Virus record (IMG/VR): IMGVR_UViG_3300009508_000004
DNA from: a virus
Length of the DNA: 62,535 bases
Direction: 5' to 3' (one strand)
Of the stretch, positions 43,383-53,088 are shown piece after piece. The notes beneath the pieces are model-generated. The model had not been told where the DNA came from. It searched no databases and saw only the letters and a program-made list of their open reading frames with translations. A program made the position numbers and the translations under genes. Each line of letters opens with the position of its first letter. Within the stretch, counting starts at the first letter, position 1.

Positions 43383-44528
43383 TTATTTTTTAAACTTGAC
43401 TTTGAGTTTAGAAGTGCTTTCACCATCATTTACAGCGCGTATAGTCCACCCGTTTTGTGTTGTAACTTTCTCATGAGCCCCTCTCGGATTCATATCAACA
43501 TTCTTCGTGCGTGCCATACTGTCCTTTACTGCATCGGCTTTACCTTGCTCGTAAAAGTGTTGTGCAACTTGATCGGCATTCATAGCGGTGAACAGCGATT
43601 TATGATAACCCTTGGCATCTTTCATTTCCCCCTTTTCATTCAAGAACTTCTTGATAAAGTTGTTAATGTCACCTTGAGTTTCCTTAACCTGGCCAGCGTC
43701 TTTAACCTTAAAGCGGTACTTCTTGTCCCCAACGCTATAATCGAAACCTTCGAATTTGTCGCTGAATACTTTCTCGCTTTCTTGTTTAAACCTACTGGTT
43801 TGTCGTTCTGCTATTTTTGCAGCCTCTTCACTCTCCTTATTATAACGATTGAAAAATTCAACCGCTTTTTGCTGTTCAGGATTCAATCTTGAACCCATCT
43901 TAATTTCATCGTAGTATTTAGACTTTAAACCGTCTAAATGATTTTTAGCTTCTGCTAATGCTTGTTTACGCTCTAATTTCTTTAAGCGTACTTCGCGTTC
44001 GTCATCAAGCTCTTCGTCGTAAGAAAACTTATCGGCTAATAAGAAGTCGATGTCTTCTCTATCATAAGCACTATACTTAGTTTCATAGTATTCACGAAGC
44101 AGTTGATCTTCGTTAAGACTAGAGTAGTCTGTGTTTAGACGAACGTAATCTTCTAATGATCCTCCTGTTTCACTCATAAAGTCTACAACCTTCTGAATGT
44201 TTTCCGGTAATTCAACGCCAGTTTTTTCCTGCTCTAAAACAGCTTCAGCGATTTGTTCGTCAAGCTGGTTTGCCGCAATCTCTGCCTCTTCTTCTGTAAT
44301 TTCCATTAGAACAGGCTCTTCAGCTGCCGCTTCTGTAGGTTCTTCTACAGGTGTTTCTTCTTGTACTGGTGTTTCTTCAACAACAGGCTCCTCGACAGGT
44401 GCCTCTTCTACAGGTTGGGCAACAGTTTCTTCTGCTGGTGCTTCCTGAGGTACTGCTGAAAAATCCACTTTAATAGTACCATCATCACCCTGCGAAACAG
44501 GAGATGTGTCTTTGGTTTCTTCACTCAT
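43383..44528 (-). CDS. Scaffolding protein (381 aa)
   Basis: Lies between portal and MCP. Acidic N-terminus with EE(T)PVEEP repeats and a long charged helical body. Confidence 0.55.
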   Translation of the reverse strand: MSEETKDTSPVSQGDDGTIKVDFSAVPQEAPAEETVAQPVEEAPVEEPVVEETPVQEETPVEEPTEAAAEEPVLMEITEEEAEIAANQLDEQIAEAVLEQEKTGVELPENIQKVVDFMSETGGSLEDYVRLNTDYSSLNEDQLLREYYETKYSAYDREDIDFLLADKFSYDEELDDEREVRLKKLERKQALAEAKNHLDGLKSKYYDEIKMGSRLNPEQQKAVEFFNRYNKESEEAAKIAERQTSRFKQESEKVFSDKFEGFDYSVGDKKYRFKVKDAGQVKETQGDINNFIKKFLNEKGEMKDAKGYHKSLFTAMNADQVAQHFYEQGKADAVKDSMARTKNVDMNPRGAHEKVTTQNGWTIRAVNDGESTSKLKVKFKK

Positions 44529-44560
44529 GATAAAATATTATATAATTGTTATGGTTATTA

Positions 44561-46990
44561 TTACCTAGGTTCGAAACTTCCTAAACCAAAACCCCCGCCA
44601 AGTATATCATTACCAGAGGATTCGAAGTCTTTAGGCGAACCGCCTTTTTGTCTTTGGTCTATAAGCTCACTTTGTTGTGTAGCTTGAATTTTTGTTCTTT
44701 TGTCTTTGCGATCTTCAGTTTCTGAAATCTTAGTCTTAGCGGCATCAACCTCTAAGCCTTTAAGCTTCATGTTATACTGGAACTCTAATGCCATTAATTG
44801 CATTTTAGCCTCAACTTCTTTGTCAATTCTTGCTTGCTCTAGTTGAGCTTTAAGTTGTTCTAGCTGAGACTTAGTTTGTAATGCAGCTTGATCTTTCTGC
44901 ATTTCAGCTTGTGCTGCAACTTGTTGCGCTTGAGCATTGGCTTGTGCCTGTGCTTGCATATTTTGTTGTTGCATCATTTGATCACGCTCTTGTTTTTTCT
45001 TACGGCGTAGCTTTAATAACTGGTTAGCTAGCTTTAAGTTTTTAACTTCACGTATATCAATAGCATCATCTAAATCAATAAGTCCCGCAGATAATGCAGT
45101 TTGAATATTGTTTTCTAGCAACGCTTTTTCTTCGTCATCCGGCGAAAGCTCTAATGAAATACCAAAGTCGTGCAAGTGTAAGTCTTCTAGCTCAGCTAAA
45201 ATACCTACGTTATGACTACCAATTTTTTGTATAAACGCTTCACGTGAAGGATCAAACTCTATAATATCAGAAATACGCAGTGATAAACACTCAGCTGTTT
45301 CTGCTGTTAAGAATAAACCAGCATCAAGAATATGACGTGTTGCTGTGTTTGAATTAGCTGCTGCCATTTTTTGAATGCCTACTAATGCTCTAGAATCAGG
45401 TGATGAACCATCACGAGCTTCATTAAGACCCGTAACGTCACGAATCATTTGCAAGTAATAGTTGTAAGTCTGTATAAGTGTTTGCAGCTTTTGGCCGCCC
45501 GCACCGGTTTGCAATGGCTGAATCGGTACTTTGCCTGGGTTCATATCACCCTCGCTCGTAAATGAACGGCCAATAACAGAACCCGTTTGGAAGAACATGT
45601 TAAGTGCCTCTTGCGGGCTGTAGTTGGTACCATTACCTAAATCAATTTCAGCAAGACCATCAGCATCCATGTATACCCCATCAGGCATCATTCTGCTCAG
45701 CACTTGCTGCATCTTAAGATGAGTAATTTGAATCATATCTGCAAAACCAGTACAACGGCTTACAATAGATTCAATCTTACCTTTATACATGCGCGGTGCA
45801 ACAATGCTGTAGTTCATCTTAACTTTAGCATAATCACTTTTAGGGCGCATCATATTTTTAGCCATCTCCCACTTAAGCAGAATGTCAGTACCTAATATAA
45901 GTACACCTTCATATAATACTTCAAGTGAACGGGACATTTTGCCAAACTCAGCCTCAAGCAATTCTACAGGAGGATCAAATTGGTCATCTCTTACTATAAT
46001 TTTAGAAGCCCCGGTTGCGGTTTCCTTAACCTTATATACTTCATTCATGTACGTTTTATAATTGAAGTACAACACTTGTACTACATTATTGTCACGAACA
46101 TCATGGTTTACCAAAGACTGATCGTATCCAGCGCTATGGTTATGTGACCCTTGCTTTTGTATTTTTTCTAATTGTGCTTCATCAAGATCAGGAAATTGCT
46201 TCTTAAGCTCATTAATAGGCACAAACTTTACTTCACCAACATAATAAATGTCTTCAAAGTACGGCGATTCACTGTAAGAATGTACTAAATATGCAGGGTC
46301 TACATATTCTACTGTTACACCTTCCGATTGGTTAAATGTATTTTTAACTGCAGCAATCCCCAGCGTGGTAAGATCGTAATAAAGTCTTTTCTTAGTTAGG
46401 TCGTAATAGTTACCGTCAAGAAGAGTATTAATAGCTATTTCTTCTGCAATCTCAACGCCTTGCTTGTAGCTTAGCTGCATGTGCAACTCTAGCTCTTCTT
46501 TTGAATCAGGCAACTGCTCTGGGTTATTTTCAAACAAATTCATTCCGAATTGCTCTTGCGCAAACTCATTTAACTCTTTTGTCTGCAAATCACGTATAAT
46601 AGATTCCATATACTTTGTGCGTTTGCTTACACCATATGGATCTTGTGAATATGCTTTTAAATCAAATGAACGATCTGCAATACCGTTAACTACGATATCT
46701 ACAAACTTAGATAAGATAGGTACTGGCTTCCAGTCAAGGTTTAAGTACGACAAGTCACCATTTACAGATAATTCATCTTTATATTTCTGAACACTCTGTT
46801 CGCCACGTGCATACAATCTCAAGTTATGAAACGTATTTTGGTTGCTTCTGAAGCGCGTAGTACCTGAATTGCTAGAGAACCATTCGTTTTGAATAGCTCT
46901 AGCTACTTGCAATCCATAGTCATTTGACATTTTTTCACCATCGCTGGCTATCTGACTGGGGAAAGCGCTATTTGAAACCGACTTAGCCAT
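44561..46990 (-). CDS. Portal protein (809 aa)
   Basis: Directly downstream of TerL (3-nt gap). Size, and a Q/A-rich coiled-coil C-terminus. Confidence 0.65.
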   Translation of the reverse strand: MAKSVSNSAFPSQIASDGEKMSNDYGLQVARAIQNEWFSSNSGTTRFRSNQNTFHNLRLYARGEQSVQKYKDELSVNGDLSYLNLDWKPVPILSKFVDIVVNGIADRSFDLKAYSQDPYGVSKRTKYMESIIRDLQTKELNEFAQEQFGMNLFENNPEQLPDSKEELELHMQLSYKQGVEIAEEIAINTLLDGNYYDLTKKRLYYDLTTLGIAAVKNTFNQSEGVTVEYVDPAYLVHSYSESPYFEDIYYVGEVKFVPINELKKQFPDLDEAQLEKIQKQGSHNHSAGYDQSLVNHDVRDNNVVQVLYFNYKTYMNEVYKVKETATGASKIIVRDDQFDPPVELLEAEFGKMSRSLEVLYEGVLILGTDILLKWEMAKNMMRPKSDYAKVKMNYSIVAPRMYKGKIESIVSRCTGFADMIQITHLKMQQVLSRMMPDGVYMDADGLAEIDLGNGTNYSPQEALNMFFQTGSVIGRSFTSEGDMNPGKVPIQPLQTGAGGQKLQTLIQTYNYYLQMIRDVTGLNEARDGSSPDSRALVGIQKMAAANSNTATRHILDAGLFLTAETAECLSLRISDIIEFDPSREAFIQKIGSHNVGILAELEDLHLHDFGISLELSPDDEEKALLENNIQTALSAGLIDLDDAIDIREVKNLKLANQLLKLRRKKKQERDQMMQQQNMQAQAQANAQAQQVAAQAEMQKDQAALQTKSQLEQLKAQLEQARIDKEVEAKMQLMALEFQYNMKLKGLEVDAAKTKISETEDRKDKRTKIQATQQSELIDQRQKGGSPKDFESSGNDILGGGFGLGSFEPR

Positions 46991-46993
46991 AAA

Positions 46994-49204
46994 TTATTTT
47001 ATTATTTCAGAAGTAAATCCGTCTTGACGGAATTTTGAAATCTTTAGATTTAACTTTGTTTTTTCTAATTTGCCCACTGGTCTATATAATTCTTTATTAC
47101 ATGCCATAATCGCTAAGCCTGAGCTTATCGCAGCATCGTACTTAGTACGTTTATTTATATCAAACTTAGACCAGTCATTAAGTGTTTCGTTAAAGTACAT
47201 GCTTCCGTATTGCCCATCTTCCATTAAACCTACGTACCTATCTACGTACATTTCAATCGCTGCGGCGTGCGCTTGTTTCATGTCCTCACTCGAGTTAGGT
47301 ACACCACCTATTTCTTTTTCCGTTACTGACAGCTTGTTCCAAAGTCTATCCGGACGGTTCATAGAGTATCCTCTGTAACCACGACGCTTAAAATGATAAA
47401 GCAACCTAGGTTTGTTATTCTCTGCTAGTATAGGCATACCATAAAATACGCATGCCATTAATATATCTTCAAAAAATATCTCAGCGGTTTGTGGTCTAGC
47501 TATATACTCAAGGAAGAATGTACTTGGCGGTGCATCTTCCATAGTGAATTTAGTGAGTCCGTGTAAAGCTCCTTTTGAACCCTTACCATCGGTAGTTCCC
47601 GATATGTCGTAGCTATCGCAACCAAATGCGCCGACGTGCTCATTACCCGGGTATTTAACACCATTCTTTGTAATTTGCCTATTCTGAAGACTAGCACCTG
47701 GTATCCAGGATACTTTAAATCTTCCCTGCGGCGTTGGCATAAACACAACTTTTGTATCTTTTATACCGTTAATCCACTGAAAATTGCCAGTGGTTACAAC
47801 ATTAGTATTACGCAGATCCTCATTATAATCAATCTGTTCGTATATTTTTGCAAGATTAAACAAGCTATTCTTTGTTTCATCTCTAAAAGCGTGTTCTTCT
47901 GTACGCGGAAACTGACGGTAATATTCATTTAAAGCGTCCTGGTCTTGTTTAAGACCTTCAACTTCGTTTTCCCAGTAATTTATAACACCCTGTTCTATAG
48001 TGTCCCCAAATGGGTCTAATACTTCTTCTTCAGGTGTATTAAAAACCGGCTGCCCGTACTGATCAATAAATCCTTCATAGTTCCACTCCATTGGTATAAA
48101 GAGCGAGTATAATCCCGATTTTGTTTGGCCATTCGAGTTTCTTTTAGATACGTCAGAATCCGTATATAATTTCTTAAAGTTTTCACCACCTTTTTCTAAT
48201 GAATTTGATGTTGAGCCCATTAAACATTTACCTATAATTCTAGCACCCAAACGAAGCGTAGTTTTTGTAACACGCCAGTTATTTAATATGTTATCAGGCC
48301 TTTCCCATTTACCACTTTCATCATGCACTAAAAGCTTTAGCTTCTCACCATCATAAGAGTTATCTCCTGTATTTTTCCAGTCAATAGTCGTATCAAGACC
48401 CTCAAGCTCTATTTGCTTTTCTTTTGCCTGAATTGATTTACGGGTTAGCTTAGAAGCAGGAACCCTATACGCCAGTTCAGTTTTCGGTCGATCCATACCA
48501 TCTTGTATAGGTTTGAAGAAAAACGGGTAGTTAACGGATATGGGTACAACCTTATCGGTAAACATTTTCTTTGCATCCGAACCGGTTTTTGATAATATAC
48601 CGAATCTTGCATCACTTGAAATGGTAGCAAGGTTAACTGTTTCTCCAGAGGCCATAAACGAAAATCCACTCCGTCTGTTTTTAAGATAGCACATTCCATA
48701 GCTTCGGGTATCTGCCTTACAGGCTTCCCAAAATATATAGAAGAGTCTATTTGCTTCTCTGTAATCGGGGTGTCCAACATCGATCTTACTCCACTGCAAG
48801 TACATGTAATGAGTCCCAGTAATGTAAGTAGGAATCCCTTTGTTATAAAACCAATAACCGTTGTCACGCCGGTTGAATTCTTCATCAATATATCCCTCCC
48901 AATTGCTTTTAAACTCATCTGGATAGGTTTGCCAGTCGAATATGCTTTTAATATTTTTAAGCTCCTTAGGATAGTCTGAAACCGTCCACTTGTTTGCACC
49001 TTTCTTTAACCCTTTAGGTTCCGGCGGCAATGCTATACATAAGTTTTGAATCTCTAGTATTTGCCCTATCTGTCCACTCTTACTAATAACAACTATATCG
49101 TGTTCTTTGTTATAGCCGTATTTCCAAGACTTGGATCTATTAAGCCTGCTGATTGTAGTGAGCTTTACGTGCTCGGATTCTTTTACTAGATTTTGTTCGT
49201 ACAT
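46994..49204 (-). CDS. terL: Terminase large subunit (736 aa)
   Basis: Deviant Walker A-like LKNRRSGFS, Walker B/catalytic LLVHDESGKWE, C-terminal RNaseH-like nuclease Asp GAFGCDSYD. Upstream of the portal gene. Confidence 0.8.
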   Translation of the reverse strand: MYEQNLVKESEHVKLTTISRLNRSKSWKYGYNKEHDIVVISKSGQIGQILEIQNLCIALPPEPKGLKKGANKWTVSDYPKELKNIKSIFDWQTYPDEFKSNWEGYIDEEFNRRDNGYWFYNKGIPTYITGTHYMYLQWSKIDVGHPDYREANRLFYIFWEACKADTRSYGMCYLKNRRSGFSFMASGETVNLATISSDARFGILSKTGSDAKKMFTDKVVPISVNYPFFFKPIQDGMDRPKTELAYRVPASKLTRKSIQAKEKQIELEGLDTTIDWKNTGDNSYDGEKLKLLVHDESGKWERPDNILNNWRVTKTTLRLGARIIGKCLMGSTSNSLEKGGENFKKLYTDSDVSKRNSNGQTKSGLYSLFIPMEWNYEGFIDQYGQPVFNTPEEEVLDPFGDTIEQGVINYWENEVEGLKQDQDALNEYYRQFPRTEEHAFRDETKNSLFNLAKIYEQIDYNEDLRNTNVVTTGNFQWINGIKDTKVVFMPTPQGRFKVSWIPGASLQNRQITKNGVKYPGNEHVGAFGCDSYDISGTTDGKGSKGALHGLTKFTMEDAPPSTFFLEYIARPQTAEIFFEDILMACVFYGMPILAENNKPRLLYHFKRRGYRGYSMNRPDRLWNKLSVTEKEIGGVPNSSEDMKQAHAAAIEMYVDRYVGLMEDGQYGSMYFNETLNDWSKFDINKRTKYDAAISSGLAIMACNKELYRPVGKLEKTKLNLKISKFRQDGFTSEIIK

Positions 49205-49482
49205 TATCTAGATCTTTTTTCAGCAAACCCTGAGAATGTTTTCTTTTCTTTTTCCTCTTTCGGTTTGTTCTCAAGTATTCTTTCTTCCTCTTCTATGCGA
49301 GTAAGAATTTCAAACGCGTCAAAGATTGCCAGCTTCTTAGTAGCAGCGGCATTTTTTAAGCGGTCAGCAGAAACATCATCTTCCGTATTGGTAATGATTT
49401 TTTCTTGCGCAACTTTTATAAGCTCCTCAACTGCTTTGCGACCAGCTAGGATTATATTCCTTTTCGCTTGTTTGGTGTCCAT
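49204..49482 (-). CDS. Terminase small subunit candidate (92 aa)
   Basis: Internal ATG at 49482 (MDTKQAKRNIILAGRKAVEELI...). Helical, charged, and immediately upstream of TerL with a 1-nt overlap. Confidence 0.35.
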   Translation of the reverse strand: MDTKQAKRNIILAGRKAVEELIKVAQEKIITNTEDDVSADRLKNAAATKKLAIFDAFEILTRIEEEERILENKPKEEKEKKTFSGFAEKRSR

Positions 49483-50017
49483 ACTTGATTGTGATTCGAT
49501 TCTGGGGAACTCGGTAAACCTTCTCTCCCTCAATATTAAATTCGTATTCTGTACCAGGTGTAAAACCTATAAGCTCTCCGTCTTCAAAACCTTCGTAAGC
49601 ATATTTCACTTTACCTACTAAAGGCATTTCGTTATGTTCGGAAAACATTCTTTCATCTAACATAGGCTTAACAAATATAAAACCCTTCACAGGTTTCCAT
49701 TCATCGTTACGTTTGAATGCATAGATCTGATCAGGGTATACAAAGTACTTGTCTTCTTCATAATACGAGCGGCTGTTCTTTTCAGCACCGCGCACATCTC
49801 TAAATCTTCTGAATACATTATGGTGAACAATAACTTCATCACCAGGTTGTAAGCCTAAATCATTTATTTTGGGTACAGCTTTGACAACGCCGTGTCTGCT
49901 GGTATAAAGATGGTTTTGCAATTCTGTATTAAGTAACAGAGTTACACCATTTATTTCTTTTTCCGATGTCGTTCTTTTGGCATACGGAGATATAATAAAG
50001 TTGTATATGCTTTGCAT
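49427..50017 (-). CDS. Hypothetical protein (196 aa) with two GroES-like beta-barrel-like halves
   Basis: ATG at 50017 (MQSIYNFIISPY...). HGVVKAVP....GLQPGDEVIVHHNVF and PLVGKVKYAYEGFEDGELIGFTPGTEYEF resemble Cpn10 G.V.avG....v.vGD.V.f. Weak. Confidence 0.3.
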   Translation of the reverse strand: MQSIYNFIISPYAKRTTSEKEINGVTLLLNTELQNHLYTSRHGVVKAVPKINDLGLQPGDEVIVHHNVFRRFRDVRGAEKNSRSYYEEDKYFVYPDQIYAFKRNDEWKPVKGFIFVKPMLDERMFSEHNEMPLVGKVKYAYEGFEDGELIGFTPGTEYEFNIEGEKVYRVPQNRITIKYGHQTSEKEYNPSWSQSS

Positions 50018-50256
50018 CACCACTTAAGATCATATTCGATAGATACTGCCATGTTCTTATTAAAGTCTTTCCACGGCATAACCAAATCTCCTTTTTGAAT
50101 ATAGATAGAGTACTTAGATTCCTCTTCTAATATGTTAACTATAGTATGACCGCCATACACTTCCTGTCCAACAGAATAGTGCATGGCGTCATTTTTATAG
50201 TCCTTGCCGATACTAATCTTCCTTATTATCTGCATCGTTAGGAGTGATAGCTCCAT
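50017..50256 (-). CDS. Hypothetical protein (79 aa)
   Basis: Track ORF with a true ATG. Overlaps the upstream gene by 44 nt, so the start could be the internal ATG at 50235. Confidence 0.45.
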   Translation of the reverse strand: MELSLLTMQIIRKISIGKDYKNDAMHYSVGQEVYGGHTIVNILEEESKYSIYIQKGDLVMPWKDFNKNMAVSIEYDLKW

Positions 50257-50479
50257 CTTGTAAGTTGATACTTACGTCTCCATAAGTTTTTTCTAGCTCA
50301 GCTTGTACTTCAGCTAGCTTTGTACGTAATGCCTTAACGTTATCCATAAGCTCAGCTTTCTGCATTTCAGTTCCACCGATCTGCATTTGAATTTGCTGTA
50401 GGGCATTAACGTACTTTTGTACTTCAGTTAGCTCGTCTGCTGTGATTGCTTTAGCAACCGCTTCTTTCTTCTTTCCCAT
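50213..50479 (-). CDS. Small coiled-coil protein (88 aa), paralog of 56292..56546
   Basis: Shared ...EL.EV......N......G..E..K.........L..(E/Q).(K/E)LE(K/E)TYG(D/S)(V/I)S(I/V)NL(Q/E)(D/T)G. Confidence 0.6.
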   Translation of the reverse strand: MGKKKEAVAKAITADELTEVQKYVNALQQIQMQIGGTEMQKAELMDNVKALRTKLAEVQAELEKTYGDVSINLQDGAITPNDADNKED

Positions 50480-50509
50480 TTGATTTAATTTAATTGTTTT
50501 ATTTTAAAA

Positions 50510-50824
50510 TTAGCAGTTCCATCTACGGCGTGCTGCTCTACCACGTTCACTTGTCCAACTTTTAGAGCGTGCACAAAATGCTTTGCGACGCTTTGCGGCT
50601 TTACTACCAGGCTTCAATTCCGAAGGCGGAGTAGTTACCGCTGTCTGCAATTTACTACCTGGATTGTCTTTTTTATACTTTTCTACACCTTTTTTTGTCA
50701 TACCACCTCCAGCAGCAGCACCGGTACCGGTTTTATTAGCTTTGTTGTAGTATCCTTTAGACTTTTTACGAGAAGGTGCATCACCTTTAGCTTTAAAAGG
50801 CGAATTGTTTTGTACGTATGCCAT
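50510..50824 (-). CDS. Small basic protein with SPFK box and Cys-containing basic tail (104 aa)
   Basis: MAYVQNNSPFKAKGD...KRRKAFCARSKSWTSERGRAARRRWNC. Confidence 0.6.
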   Translation of the reverse strand: MAYVQNNSPFKAKGDAPSRKKSKGYYNKANKTGTGAAAGGGMTKKGVEKYKKDNPGSKLQTAVTTPPSELKPGSKAAKRRKAFCARSKSWTSERGRAARRRWNC

Positions 50825-50825
50825 G

Positions 50826-52367
50826 TTACTTACCTTTAAAGTATCCTTTTTTCATTGGAGTAGACTTCTTAACACCAACATTGCTTTCATAGCGCATTTG
50901 TGCGGCGCTAATAACAGAACGGTCTGAATCTTTTCTTGTTGGCGTTCCATCTGAAAGCCCAGGACTTGTTCTATTATAAGAAGATCTGTCAGCCGTCCCC
51001 GTATTCGCTTGAATTGAACCAGCTGTAAATTTATTAGCTTCACGCACACCGGCATTTTTTCGATCAGTTAATGCTTCCGACAAATCGCCTAGCTCTGATT
51101 TACTCATTCCCGTACCTGCAAAGTTACTACCTGCAGAAGGCTTGGGTGCCGATATTGGAGCTAATTTACTTGCGCCTTTTAACTCCGGAGTTGGAATTGA
51201 AGCAGACTTAGAACCTAGCTTATCTGTAGATACTACAGTGTTTTCTTTTCTTTCTTGACGACGTATTTGTCGCTTTGATAGTTCTTTTTCGCCTTTAGGG
51301 GCGCGAGTTTTACGTGGCTTTGAGTTAGTTTCTTTAGGGGTAACAGCTACAGCGTCGGGCATTGTAGCATCCGCTTGAGCTACTTGTCTAGCTTTTTTAG
51401 TAGCTACTAAATCAACACTAGGAACCGATGCCCCTTTAAACTCTGCATTTAAACCTACGCTTGGGCGCATTGCAGCTTTGCTTGATGCACCAGTACCGTT
51501 AACTTTATTAGTTGTAGGCGCACCCGCATTTGCTGATTTAGCATCACCTCCTGTAGTAGTTACTTTTTCGTTAGAGCCTAATTTTACCTTGTAATCAGGA
51601 TCATAACCCTGCAGCGTTTTTACTGTGGTTGAACCTGTTGCTGTGCCATAATCGTACATGTCCATGTCTCGACGCGTCCCCAGCACTTTTTCACCACGCA
51701 TTCCCGCTTGCTCAAATTGACTTTGTTGTGCGTCTGTACTAAACACTCTGTTCTGATCAGCATTTAGCCCTCTAGAAGCATTGTATAAGTTTTCCTGCAT
51801 GCCATTTTGAAAAGACTTGCCGGTCATAATATCACGACGAGCTTTACGCCCTTCTAAGAAACTTCCACCATCTTGGCGTGTATCGCGCGCTGCTTCTTTT
51901 GCATTTCTGCGTAAATCGCGTTTAGCTTCATTACGTGCAAAACGCTCGCTTTGGCGGCTAGTACGCATATTGAAACGATTTTCCCACGGCGTTATTGCTG
52001 TGGTTTCATCACGAGTTTGTGGGGTAAAGTAGTTCGTTTTTGTTTCGGTTATTGGTTTACCGGGTGTAACCTTTTTTTCCTTAAAGTCAGACGCAGACGG
52101 GAATCTATCAGCATAATTACTGGTAATGTATTTTTTATCAACTAAGTATTGACCTGTAGCGTTTGGAAACCGTTTTTTTAATCCAGCTAAATAGCCTTCT
52201 GTGTCGGTTGCTAGTGGATATCCACCTTGAGCTTCAGGGGGAACTTCACTATTGTCTACTTCAGTAACAATGTCTTCTCCCGCGCTCGTGGAAGTTTCAG
52301 ACTTTTCCAGAACAGGGTTAGTTTGCTTTAATGGTGATTTTGCTTTTTGTGTAATTGGTCGTCTCAT
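50826..52367 (-). CDS. Large basic, low-complexity protein with N-terminal SPLKQ box (513 aa)
   Basis: MRRPITQKAKSPLKQTNP... K/R/S/T/G-rich and probably disordered. Confidence 0.6.
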   Translation of the reverse strand: MRRPITQKAKSPLKQTNPVLEKSETSTSAGEDIVTEVDNSEVPPEAQGGYPLATDTEGYLAGLKKRFPNATGQYLVDKKYITSNYADRFPSASDFKEKKVTPGKPITETKTNYFTPQTRDETTAITPWENRFNMRTSRQSERFARNEAKRDLRRNAKEAARDTRQDGGSFLEGRKARRDIMTGKSFQNGMQENLYNASRGLNADQNRVFSTDAQQSQFEQAGMRGEKVLGTRRDMDMYDYGTATGSTTVKTLQGYDPDYKVKLGSNEKVTTTGGDAKSANAGAPTTNKVNGTGASSKAAMRPSVGLNAEFKGASVPSVDLVATKKARQVAQADATMPDAVAVTPKETNSKPRKTRAPKGEKELSKRQIRRQERKENTVVSTDKLGSKSASIPTPELKGASKLAPISAPKPSAGSNFAGTGMSKSELGDLSEALTDRKNAGVREANKFTAGSIQANTGTADRSSYNRTSPGLSDGTPTRKDSDRSVISAAQMRYESNVGVKKSTPMKKGYFKGK

Positions 52368-52735
52368 TATACTTCTAGTTCAAAGTTGTCGTAAAATTCT
52401 TCAGATTCCTCTATGGCTTCCGTTTCTTCTTGTAAATCAGTGTCTTCTTCTAAATCAGCTGCCTTACCCTCATCAAGCGGCGGAGGTGGCACTTTAGCTG
52501 GCTCTTTATATACAGTTTGTTGTTTTTCTGATAAAGAAGGTTTTTCAATTGCTTCAGCTACGTTATTAAAGCCTGCACTCATTCCAACCATACCAGCACC
52601 TTCAACAAGTGCTGCGTTCATCTTAAACGGAGATGATTTTTGGGTAATGGGGGTCGCGGAAGAATTTCCTTGTCGAGTAGCCGATTCTGCCGAATTGTAC
52701 AACCCCCATAAATCTTTTTTCATTTTAAACCCCAT
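52367..52735 (-). CDS. Protein with SPFKM box and acidic tail (122 aa)
   Basis: ..QKSSPFKMNAALVEGAGMVGMSAGFNNVAEAI... then an E/D-rich C-terminus. Confidence 0.55.
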   Translation of the reverse strand: MGFKMKKDLWGLYNSAESATRQGNSSATPITQKSSPFKMNAALVEGAGMVGMSAGFNNVAEAIEKPSLSEKQQTVYKEPAKVPPPPLDEGKAADLEEDTDLQEETEAIEESEEFYDNFELEV

Positions 52736-52737
52736 AC

Positions 52738-53088
52738 CTAACTGTTTTTATATGCTTCAGTTTCCCACTCAAGCTCTTTAGCGCCCTCTTGCATATCGTC
52801 TCTTTTATAAACTCTTGCAGGCGAGCGTGTATCTTTTTTCCAAATTACACTATCATCAGTATAGTCTAATCTATTCTGATGCATTTGATCTAAGTGAATC
52901 TTTTCGTGCGCAACCGCCCCTTTTTTTTGCTTAGCTGACAAACCCTTATTAATAAAAATAGTTCCGTCACGATTAGCTTCCGCCATCACTTGGCCACCTA
53001 AATCTTTTTCAAATACAGGCGTATCAAATGTTGAGGTTTGCTCATCGTAACCGAACAGGGTACTCTTATCCTTAAGCTTAAAAGGCAT
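52738..53088 (-). CDS. Small HExxH (zincin-like) protein (116 aa)
   Basis: ATG at 53088 (MPFKLKDKSTLFG...). GAVAHEKIHLDQMH; HEKIH is encoded at 52894..52908. Confidence 0.5.
   Translation of the reverse strand: MPFKLKDKSTLFGYDEQTSTFDTPVFEKDLGGQVMAEANRDGTIFINKGLSAKQKKGAVAHEKIHLDQMHQNRLDYTDDSVIWKKDTRSPARVYKRDDMQEGAKELEWETEAYKNS

Noticed and set aside
43329-43892. Long antisense ORFs inside large genes, for example 43329..43892 (+, 187 aa), 48445..48999 (-, 184 aa, off-frame inside terL), 21111..21572 (-), 29270..29719 (+), 2515..2835 (+), and many 60-110 aa ORFs opposite the giant gene
   Set aside because: All lie wholly within much longer ORFs that have recognisable motifs or synteny. Their translations are low-complexity (F/L/S/I-rich), as expected for shadow frames of AT-rich coding DNA.
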